Assembly: GCA_038147175.1 (NCBI GenBank)
Contig: JAYQTD010000002.1
Span: 814,570 to 878,569, forward strand
Source: Candidatus Eutrophosalina marina
GTDB taxonomy: Bacteria; Bacteroidota; Bacteroidia; Flavobacteriales; Flavobacteriaceae
Reading direction: 5' to 3'
Length of the DNA stretch: 64,000 nucleotides
Part shown: positions 57,077 through 64,000 of the stretch, piece by piece
How the letters are laid out: each line of letters starts with the position of its first letter
Position numbering within the stretch: the stretch's first letter is position 1
Translations under genes and position numbers: made by a program
Notes under the pieces: generated by a model
Database searches by the model: none
Told to the model about the DNA's origin: nothing
What the model saw: only the letters and a program-made list of their open reading frames with translations

Positions 57077-57823
57077 TTGTATTTGATTATAAACTTAAAG
57101 TATCAATTGAAATTATTCAAATTCATTCCAAACTTTCTAACATTATGTAATGCTTTACTAGGATGTTTATCAATTTTAGTATTATTCAATGATTTTAAAA
57201 TAATTGATGGTTTTTCAAGCTATGAGTTAATAGTTTTATTTGTGTTATTGGCTTCTATATTAGATTTTTTTGATGGATTTTTAGCTAGAGCTCTAAAATC
57301 TGAGTCTAAAATAGGTGGTCAGTTAGATTCATTTTCTGATTCTATTACATTTGGATTAGTTCCAAGTCTAGTTATGTTTGATTTTCTTTACAATAAAACT
57401 GGAATTTTTACTGTAAGTTTTATTTCACTTACAATTTTTATTTGCACAATTCTAAGATTGTCTAAATTCAATATTTCTGAATATCAAAAAGATTTTATTG
57501 GATTACCTTCACCAGCGAGTGGTTTGTTTTTTATTGGATTACCATTTATTACTAGTAAGATCGAAGTAATGTACTTTTTGATTATTATTTTATTCATTTC
57601 AATTTTAATGATATCAAATCTTAAATTTTATTCATTAAAAAATATCAATTCAAATGAGAAGAAAGTTTTTTTAATATTATTAGTGGTTACTAACTTAATA
57701 GCTATAGGTTCAGCTTTAATGTTTGATATTTCAGCTTTTAGTATCCCAACGATGATTATATTATCTTACTTGATTTCATCATCACTTTCTTTATTATTTA
57801 ATAGATTAAATTCATCAAGCTGA
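57077..57823 (+). CDS. pssA: CDP-diacylglycerol-serine O-phosphatidyltransferase (CDP-alcohol phosphatidyltransferase family)
   Basis: The motif DFFDGFLARALKSESKIGGQLDSFSDSITFG matches D-G-x2-A-R-x8-G-x3-D-x3-D. The start is uncertain: an in-frame TTG at 57107 (MKLFKFIPNFLTL...) looks more typical than the TTG at 57077. Confidence 0.8.
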   Translation: MYLIINLKYQLKLFKFIPNFLTLCNALLGCLSILVLFNDFKIIDGFSSYELIVLFVLLASILDFFDGFLARALKSESKIGGQLDSFSDSITFGLVPSLVMFDFLYNKTGIFTVSFISLTIFICTILRLSKFNISEYQKDFIGLPSPASGLFFIGLPFITSKIEVMYFLIIILFISILMISNLKFYSLKNINSNEKKVFLILLVVTNLIAIGSALMFDISAFSIPTMIILSYLISSSLSLLFNRLNSSS

Positions 57824-57999
57824 TCATTATGTATGTAAACGATATGTGAGTTCATATAGTTTGGTATGCCGAAACCAGCAATATTTGCCGAATTTATTTG
57901 ATCATATATAATTGGATTTATTCCTTTTTCATTAAGAGATGCTTTAATATGTAATGCTTCAGCTAAATTTCCTCTGTATATTTCAACTAGATCCTTCAA
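57766..57999 (-). CDS. DUF2007-like small protein (putative signal-transducing domain)
   Basis: 77-aa ORF with a TTG start abutting the lptB stop (TAATTG). The N-terminus VEIYRGNLAEALHIKASLNEKGI resembles DUF2007. Its 3' end overlaps the pssA 3' end by 58 nt. Confidence 0.4.
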   Translation of the reverse strand: MKDLVEIYRGNLAEALHIKASLNEKGINPIIYDQINSANIAGFGIPNYMNSHIVYIHNDQLDEFNLLNNKESDDEIK

Positions 58000-58737
58000 T
58001 TAATCCAAAACTTTTTTTCTAAATATAAAATTTTGACCTAGGTAGACTTTTCTTACTAGCTCATCTTCGGCAAGGATTTCTGGTTTACCACTTTTAAGGA
58101 TTTTTCCTTCAAACATTAAGTATGTTCTGTCTGTTATTGCAAGGGTTTCTTGAACATTATGATCTGTTATTAGAACACCAATGTTTTTAGTTTTTAAATG
58201 AGCTATAATTTTTTGAATTTCTTCAACTGCAATTGGATCTACACCAGCAAATGGTTCATCTAACAATAAAAAATTTGGTTCTGTAGCTAATGCTCTAGCA
58301 ATTTCGGTTCTCCTTCTTTCTCCACCTGATAAAAGATCACCTCTATTTTTTCTTACTTTTTGAAGACTAAATTCATCAATTAAATTTTCAAGATCTTCAT
58401 TTTGTTGCTCTTTGCTTTTTTCGGTCAGCTCTAATACTGCTTTTATATTCTCTTCTACAGTAAGTTTTCTAAAAACTGAAGCCTCTTGAGCTAAATACCC
58501 AATTCCAAGTTTAGCTCTTTTATACATTGCTTCTTTTGAAATATCTATATTATTAATCAATATTTTGCCATTATCAGGTTTGATTAATCCAACTATAGTA
58601 TAAAAACATGTTGTTTTTCCTGCTCCATTGGGGCCAAGCAATCCAACAATTTCGCCTTGTTTTAATTCTAAATCAACACCATTGACAACTTTTCTGGAGC
58701 CGTATGATTTTTCGATTTTGATAGCTTCAAGTTTCAT
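58000..58737 (-). CDS. lptB: LPS export ABC transporter ATP-binding protein LptB
   Basis: 245-aa ORF with Walker A GPNGAGKTT, signature LSGGERRR, Walker B LLLDEPFAGVDP and the LptB-typical length and C-terminus. Confidence 0.9.
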   Translation of the reverse strand: MKLEAIKIEKSYGSRKVVNGVDLELKQGEIVGLLGPNGAGKTTCFYTIVGLIKPDNGKILINNIDISKEAMYKRAKLGIGYLAQEASVFRKLTVEENIKAVLELTEKSKEQQNEDLENLIDEFSLQKVRKNRGDLLSGGERRRTEIARALATEPNFLLLDEPFAGVDPIAVEEIQKIIAHLKTKNIGVLITDHNVQETLAITDRTYLMFEGKILKSGKPEILAEDELVRKVYLGQNFIFRKKVLD

Positions 58738-59546
58738 ATCTTATTTCTTTTAACAACAATTCTTGAAATATAAATACTTATTTGATATAATATGACAATT
58801 GGAATTGCAACAATAATTTGACTTGCAACATCAGGAGGTGTAATAACAGCTGCTAATATGAGAACACCAACAAGTGCAAATTTTCGATATTTTACTAAAA
58901 TTTCAGGCGTGACTAAGCCTATTTTCGTTAAAAAATAAATTATAATTGGAAGTTCAAATATTAAACCAGATGCGAGTACTGAGGCTCTCACTAATCCAAT
59001 ATAACTGCTTAAATCAAAATCATTGAATATTTCATTACTTACAGTATAGTTTCCTAAAAAATTAATTGATAATGGACAGATAACGTAGTATCCAAATAAA
59101 ACACCAATAAAAAAAAGTATACTTGAAATAAAAATAAAGCCTCTAGCATGTTTTTTTTCATTCTGATATAAACCAGGACTAATGAAACTCCAAAACTGAT
59201 ATAAAACAAACGGGAATGAAATAATAAAACCTGAAGCAATTGATGTCCATATGTGAGCACTAAATTGACCAGCCATCGTTCTACTTTGTATTCTGAATGG
59301 AAGTTCAGTTATACAAAAACCATCGTTGAATCCTATAAAATTTGATATTTTACATAAAATTTCATAAGTAAAAAAATCAACATTTTTAGGTCCAAATATT
59401 ATTTTGTCAAAAATAAAATCCTTGAAAATAAATGCAATTGATCCACATATTAATATAGCTATAAATGATCTTAATATATGCCATCTTAAATCTTCAAGAT
59501 GATCTAGGAATGACATTTCGTTAGGATCGTTTAATAGCTTACTCAT
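58734..59546 (-). CDS. tatC: Twin-arginine translocase subunit TatC
   Basis: 270-aa 6-TM ORF with an N-terminal MSFLDHLEDLRWHILRS and a later PPDVASQ block typical of TatC. Confidence 0.9.
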   Translation of the reverse strand: MSKLLNDPNEMSFLDHLEDLRWHILRSFIAILICGSIAFIFKDFIFDKIIFGPKNVDFFTYEILCKISNFIGFNDGFCITELPFRIQSRTMAGQFSAHIWTSIASGFIISFPFVLYQFWSFISPGLYQNEKKHARGFIFISSILFFIGVLFGYYVICPLSINFLGNYTVSNEIFNDFDLSSYIGLVRASVLASGLIFELPIIIYFLTKIGLVTPEILVKYRKFALVGVLILAAVITPPDVASQIIVAIPIVILYQISIYISRIVVKRNKI

Positions 59547-60502
59547 AAACCAGCTTTTAAAAGTTCATGCATGTGAATCATCCCCTTGTAATGACCATCA
59601 TCAATAACTAAAAGTTGAGTAATTTTACTTTTATTCATTAGATTTAAGGCTTCAGAACCAAGCATATCTCCACTTACAAATTTTGGATTTTTGACCATTA
59701 TTTCATTAACCTTAAGATTCATGGGGTTTTTATTTTGATTAAGCACTCTTCTTATATCACCATCAGTAATTATTCCAACCACAATATTTTTATCCAAAAC
59801 AGCTGTTGCACCGTACATTTTTGAAGAAATCTCATTTATTGCATCTTTTATGCTTAAATTAATATCCACTTTTGGTGAAGAATTGTAATTTAGAATATCA
59901 CTAACTTTTAAAGTTAGTTTCTTTCCCAGTGAACCTGAGGGGTGATAGAGAGCAAAATCCTCAGATTTAAATTCTTTAATAGACATTAGACATATGGCTA
60001 TCAAATCACCAATCAGTAACTGCATACTTGTACTAGTTGTAGGTGCAAGATTGTTCGGACATGCCTCTCTCTCAATTTTATTTACAATTGAGTAGTCTGC
60101 ATTTTTGGCTAGAAATGAATTTTTATCAGATGTAATACCAATTAGTTTAATACCCAGTTTTTTTATTTGTTTTACTAAATCCACTGTTTCTGTATTTGAT
60201 CCGCTTTTTGATAAACAAATCATCACATCGTTTTTTGTAGCTACTCCAATGTCTCCATGTAAAGCATCAGAACCATGTAAAAAAATAGATGGTGTTCCAG
60301 TTGAATTTAAAGTTGCTGAAATTTTCATTCCAATTATTGCACTCTTACCGATTCCAGTAATAATGACTCTACCTTTAATTTTTGATATATAATCAATTAT
60401 AACTTCAAAATTTTCATCAATACATTCTTCAACATAACTTACAGAGCTTGTGTAGTTATCGAGAACATCTTTTGAAATTTTATTTAAATCAATTTTTTTC
60501 AA
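59543..60502 (-). CDS. kdsD: Arabinose-5-phosphate isomerase (KpsF/GutQ/KdsD; SIS + CBS pair)
   Basis: 319-aa ORF with a SIS domain (ITGIGKSAIIGMKISATLNSTGTPS, SKSGNTETV) followed by two CBS motifs. Confidence 0.85.
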   Translation of the reverse strand: MKKIDLNKISKDVLDNYTSSVSYVEECIDENFEVIIDYISKIKGRVIITGIGKSAIIGMKISATLNSTGTPSIFLHGSDALHGDIGVATKNDVMICLSKSGSNTETVDLVKQIKKLGIKLIGITSDKNSFLAKNADYSIVNKIEREACPNNLAPTTSTSMQLLIGDLIAICLMSIKEFKSEDFALYHPSGSLGKKLTLKVSDILNYNSSPKVDINLSIKDAINEISSKMYGATAVLDKNIVVGIITDGDIRRVLNQNKNPMNLKVNEIMVKNPKFVSGDMLGSEALNLMNKSKITQLLVIDDGHYKGMIHMHELLKAGL

Positions 60503-60557
60503 ATTCTTTTTAATTAAATACTAAAAATCTTTTGTCTATATTTAGTAGACCAAGGTA

Positions 60558-60565
60558 CAAATATA
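60558..60565 (-). promoter_or_regulatory. Candidate -7 promoter box (TAnnTTTG) for the kdsD-tatC-lptB operon
   Basis: TATATTTG on the minus strand, 55 nt upstream of the ATG at 60502. It is embedded in the palindrome AAGGTA-CAAATA-TACCTT (60553-60570). Confidence 0.3.
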
Positions 60566-60584
60566 CCTTAATTACTGTCAAAAT

Positions 60585-62774
60585 ATGAACACTGATTTAG
60601 AACTTAATCAACTTCTTAAAAAATATTTTGGTTTTAATTCTTTTAGAGACAATCAACTTCATATTATAAAATCAATTATAAGCGAAAATAATAATTTAGT
60701 GATAATGCCAACTGGAGGAGGTAAATCTCTGTGTTATCAAATGTCAGCATTGTATTTAGATGGAATGGCAATCATAATATCACCATTAATAGCATTAATG
60801 AAAAACCAAGTTGATATTCTCAAAGGTATTTTTGGATCAGATTTAATTGCTTGTGTCTTAAATTCCTCTCTAAATAGTACTGAACTTGAGAGGGTTAGGT
60901 ATGGAATAGAATCTGGCATTACAAAGCTTTTATACATTGCTCCTGAATCATTATCTAAAGAGAGTAATATTAATTTATTTAAAAGGCATAAAATCTCATT
61001 TGTTGCTGTTGATGAAGCTCATTGTATTTCAGAATGGGGACATGATTTTAGACCAGAATACAGGAATATTTTCTCTAATATTCAGAAAATTGATAAAAAT
61101 GTTAAGATTACTGCATTAACTGCCACAGCAACACCTAAAGTTCAAGATGACATTATTAAAAATCTTCATTTAGATAATTGTTCAAAATTTAAATCATCCT
61201 TTAATCGTCCAAATCTTTTCTATGAAATTCGTAAAAAAGACGAATCTATAGACAAGCAAATAATTTCTTTCATGAAATCTAATGCTAATAAATCTGGTAT
61301 TGTTTATTGCTTATCTAGAAAAAAAGTTGAAGATTTTACGAATCTTCTGCAAATTAACGGAATTAAGGCACTTCCATATCATGCAGGACTTGATCAAAAA
61401 TTAAGGTCTAAAAATCAAGAATTTTTTTTGATGGATGACTGTGATGTTATAGTTGCGACGATTGCTTTTGGTATGGGGATTGACAAGCCAGATATTAGGT
61501 ACGTAATTCATTATGATATTCCTAAAAGTTTAGAATCTTATTACCAAGAAACTGGAAGGGCTGGAAGAGATGGTGGAGAGGGACATTGTTTGGCATTTTA
61601 TAATTATGATGACATTGAAAAATTAGAAAAATTTCTTTCAGGTAAACCCATATCAGAACAAGAGCAAGGACTATCATTATTAGAAGAAGTTGCTTCATTT
61701 TGTGAAACCTCAATGTCAAGAAGAAAATTTATTTTAAATTATTTCGGGGAGGAATTTGATGAACTTAATGGTGAGGGATCAAAAATGGATGATAATTCCA
61801 AAAATCCAAAAGAACAAATTGATGTAATTAATGAATTTAAACAGGTCATAAATGTTATTGAAATAACTAAAGAAAAATACAAACTAAAAGAGTTGTCCAG
61901 CTATTTAGCAGGGATTGAAACTCCAATTCTTAGGGCACATAATGCTAGAGAAAATAAGGCTTTTGGGTCGGGAAAAAATGATGTGTTTTTTTGGAAATCC
62001 TTGATAAGAAAAATGGTTGTTGATGGATTTTTGTTTAAGAAAATTGAAGAATATGGTGTTTTAAAAATTAGTGATATTACTAAACAATCAATTAATTCAC
62101 TTAAGAATTTCACTCTTAGTTTAGATCATAACTATGAAAAATCCAATGTAATAATAAAGAAATCTGAAAGTGGTTCAAGTGTTATTGATAATAAATTATT
62201 AAACCTTTTAATTAGCCTTAGAAAAACAATTTCAAAAAAGAATAATATTCCACCATTTGCTATTTTTCAAGATGTGTCGATCAAAGAGATGACATTTAAA
62301 TATCCAACAAATATTGAAGAACTTTCAAAAATAACTGGTGTTGGAGAAGTAAAAGCTAAAAAATTTGGAATCGAATTTATCAATCTTATTGAAAAACATA
62401 TAACTGAAAATGATATACCTAAAAGTTTTGATTTAGTAATTAAAAGTAGTGGTGTAAATTCATCTTTAAAATTATTTTTTATACAGTCCGTTGATAAAAA
62501 GCTTTCAATAGATGAAATGGCTGAAGCTAAACGAGTTGAATTTGATCAAGTTTTGAAAGATTTAGAAACAATAATTTACTCTGGAACTAAACTAGATTTA
62601 AAATATATCATTGATGATTTATTTGATAATGAATCCCAGGAAGAATTATTAGAATTTTTTAATAATCTAGAGGATGATAATCTAAGTGAAATTATTAATG
62701 AATTTGAGGATGAATATGAAGAAGAAGATTTAAAAATATTTAGACTTTATCATTATTGTAAAACAGCCTTTTAA
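60585..62774 (+). CDS. recQ: ATP-dependent DNA helicase RecQ (helicase + RQC + HRDC), Zn-ligand cysteines absent
   Basis: 729-aa ORF with motif I MPTGGGKSL, DEAH (VDEAHCISEWGHDFRPEY), TIAFGMGIDKPDIRYVIH and QETGRAGRDG. A C-terminal HRDC-like region is present (LLNLLISLRKTISKKNNIPPFAIFQD). Confidence 0.95.
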   Translation: MNTDLELNQLLKKYFGFNSFRDNQLHIIKSIISENNNLVIMPTGGGKSLCYQMSALYLDGMAIIISPLIALMKNQVDILKGIFGSDLIACVLNSSLNSTELERVRYGIESGITKLLYIAPESLSKESNINLFKRHKISFVAVDEAHCISEWGHDFRPEYRNIFSNIQKIDKNVKITALTATATPKVQDDIIKNLHLDNCSKFKSSFNRPNLFYEIRKKDESIDKQIISFMKSNANKSGIVYCLSRKKVEDFTNLLQINGIKALPYHAGLDQKLRSKNQEFFLMDDCDVIVATIAFGMGIDKPDIRYVIHYDIPKSLESYYQETGRAGRDGGEGHCLAFYNYDDIEKLEKFLSGKPISEQEQGLSLLEEVASFCETSMSRRKFILNYFGEEFDELNGEGSKMDDNSKNPKEQIDVINEFKQVINVIEITKEKYKLKELSSYLAGIETPILRAHNARENKAFGSGKNDVFFWKSLIRKMVVDGFLFKKIEEYGVLKISDITKQSINSLKNFTLSLDHNYEKSNVIIKKSESGSSVIDNKLLNLLISLRKTISKKNNIPPFAIFQDVSIKEMTFKYPTNIEELSKITGVGEVKAKKFGIEFINLIEKHITENDIPKSFDLVIKSSGVNSSLKLFFIQSVDKKLSIDEMAEAKRVEFDQVLKDLETIIYSGTKLDLKYIIDDLFDNESQEELLEFFNNLEDDNLSEIINEFEDEYEEEDLKIFRLYHYCKTAF

Positions 62775-63326
62775 TTATTTCCACTTAATATTACACCCTA
62801 TACTAGGTTTTTGAGGAAAATTATTTTTAACATTCTTTATCAAGCAATCTAAAGCATTTCTTAAATCTTTACCATCTACGCTTTTTTCATTTCCTGGTCT
62901 AGAATCATCCAATTGCCCTCTGTAAATTAATTTTTTTTCATCATTGTAAAGAAAAAAATCAGGCGTACATGCAGCATCGTATGCTTTTGCAACATCCTGG
63001 TTTTCATCATATAAATATGGAAAATTAAAAGATTTGTCAATTGCTAGTTTTTTCATTAATTCTGGGGCATCATCGGGATAGTTTATTACATCATTACTTG
63101 AAATAGCAACAAAATCAATCTCATTTGTGTATTGATTTGAAATTTTAATTATTTCATCAATGACGTGAATCACAAAAGGACAATGATTACAAATAAACAT
63201 TATTAAAGTGCCTTTTTTGGAAAAACAATCGTCTGATGAAATAAATTTATCATCAACAGTATTTATTAGATTAAAGTTAGGAGCAATTGATCCTAATTCA
63301 ACCATATTAGATGGTGTTCTGGCCAT
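62775..63326 (-). CDS. Thioredoxin-fold protein (AhpC/TSA-like thiol-disulfide oxidoreductase)
   Basis: 183-aa ORF with the redox motif FICNHCPFV (CxxC) in a thioredoxin-like context, and a YPDDAPE block. Confidence 0.7.
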   Translation of the reverse strand: MARTPSNMVELGSIAPNFNLINTVDDKFISSDDCFSKKGTLIMFICNHCPFVIHVIDEIIKISNQYTNEIDFVAISSNDVINYPDDAPELMKKLAIDKSFNFPYLYDENQDVAKAYDAACTPDFFLYNDEKKLIYRGQLDDSRPGNEKSVDGKDLRNALDCLIKNVKNNFPQKPSIGCNIKWK

Positions 63327-63356
63327 AATTTATTATAGTAAAGCTAAGTAGATAGA

Positions 63357-63749
63357 TTAGATATCTTCAAAGCTAACATCAGTAAATTTATCAGCGTCAG
63401 AATCTTCTTTTTCATCTTCATTAGCTTTTTCTTCAGCTTCTGCTTTTTTTGCTTTGAAATCTTTATCATGAATTTCACTAATCACCTCAGACCCCTTTTC
63501 ATCAATGATGTACTTTGTCATTTCCCCAAGAATTTCAGAAAAATTTTCAAAATCTTCTTTGTAGAGGTATATTTTATGTTTTTTAAAATAAAAAGTACCA
63601 TCTTCATTTGTAAATTTCTTACTCTCAGAAATAGTTAAATAATAGTCTCCTGCTTTAGTGGATCTTACATCAAAAAAATAAGTTCTTCTTCCAGCTCTAA
63701 GGACTTTAGAGAATATGTCCTCATTAACATTGTAGTTATTTTCTTCCAT
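63357..63749 (-). CDS. DUF3276 (PUR-alpha-like nucleic-acid-binding) protein
   Basis: 130-aa ORF. VLRAGRRTYFFDVRSTKAGDYYLTISESKK and a second KIYLYKEDFENF repeat give a PUR-like repeat pattern. The tail is acidic. Confidence 0.55.
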   Translation of the reverse strand: MEENNYNVNEDIFSKVLRAGRRTYFFDVRSTKAGDYYLTISESKKFTNEDGTFYFKKHKIYLYKEDFENFSEILGEMTKYIIDEKGSEVISEIHDKDFKAKKAEAEEKANEDEKEDSDADKFTDVSFEDI

Positions 63750-63803
63750 TTTTTGTATTAGTTATTATCAGTAAAAATGGGTAAAATAAATTAATTGTCA
63801 AAA

Positions 63804-64000
63804 TTATTTAGTTTTTTTAGCTTCCATCTGCTCTGAATAAATTTCTTTGTAATATCCTGCTTCATTTTTTAATTTATTATGATTTCCGCTTTGAATGATT
63901 TCACCATCCTTTAAGACAATTATATTATCACAATATTTAAGTGTTGAAACTCTGTGACTTATGATGATTTTTGTTGAGGTTGATTCCTTTTTAAAAACAT
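63804..64000 (-). CDS. ABC transporter ATP-binding/permease (MsbA-like exporter), C-terminal fragment cut by the window edge
   Basis: The minus-strand frame reads ...TKIIISHRVSTLKYCDNIIVLKDGEIIQSGNHNKLKNEAGYYKEIYSEQMEAKKTK*, the typical end of an ABC exporter NBD (H-loop onward). The stop is at 63804-63806. Confidence 0.7.
   Translation of the reverse strand, partial: VFKKESTSTKIIISHRVSTLKYCDNIIVLKDGEIIQSGNHNKLKNEAGYYKEIYSEQMEAKKTK

Noticed and set aside
57766-57823. 58-nt convergent overlap between the 3' ends of pssA and the DUF2007-like ORF, as a possible antisense regulatory arrangement
   Set aside because: The DUF2007-like call and both gene ends are uncertain, with a TTG start and low-complexity tails on both proteins. 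In DNA this AT-rich, a late stop codon by chance is a simpler explanation. I record it but do not promote it to a finding.
60553-60570. Palindrome AAGGTA-CAAATA-TACCTT in the kdsD/recQ divergent region as an operator
   Set aside because: It is a single 6-bp-arm palindrome in AT-rich DNA and is not repeated elsewhere in the window. That is insufficient evidence without comparative data, so I mention it only under the promoter candidate.

Overview
AT-rich chromosomal segment (about 30% GC by eye, not computed). It looks like a marine member of the Flavobacteriia (Bacteroidota). The taxonomic call is an inference from a fused ResB-CcsA cytochrome c biogenesis protein, a type II glutamine synthetase, myxol-type carotenoid genes, DUF2795/DUF3276-type small proteins and recurrent TAnnTTTG boxes upstream of genes. 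The content is mostly housekeeping (guaB, prfA, pyrF, grpE-dnaJ, secA, lnt, pssA, lptB-tatC-kpsF, recQ, ilvE, msrA), with one tRNA-Arg(ACG). I found no rRNA, CRISPR array, transposase, integrase or recognisable defence genes. Points worth a second look: (1) a secreted two-gene beta-propeller operon in which one protein carries about 9 tandem DHSKM units, the Met/His copper-binding motif of Pseudomonas CopA/CopB; (2) a beta-barrel / FMN-binding / 4-TM module of unknown role; (3) three frame-disrupted genes and one truncated gene, all between 4.4 and 21.4 kb; (4) loss of conserved zinc-ligand cysteines in both DnaJ (Zn centre I) and RecQ (Zn-binding subdomain); (5) a crtA-crtD-cruF / crtY carotenoid tailoring cluster; (6) a nitrogen cluster with a TorF-like porin, two amt genes and glnK, plus GSII nearby. 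No large, clearly novel multi-gene system is evident. The propeller operon is my best candidate for undescribed biology.
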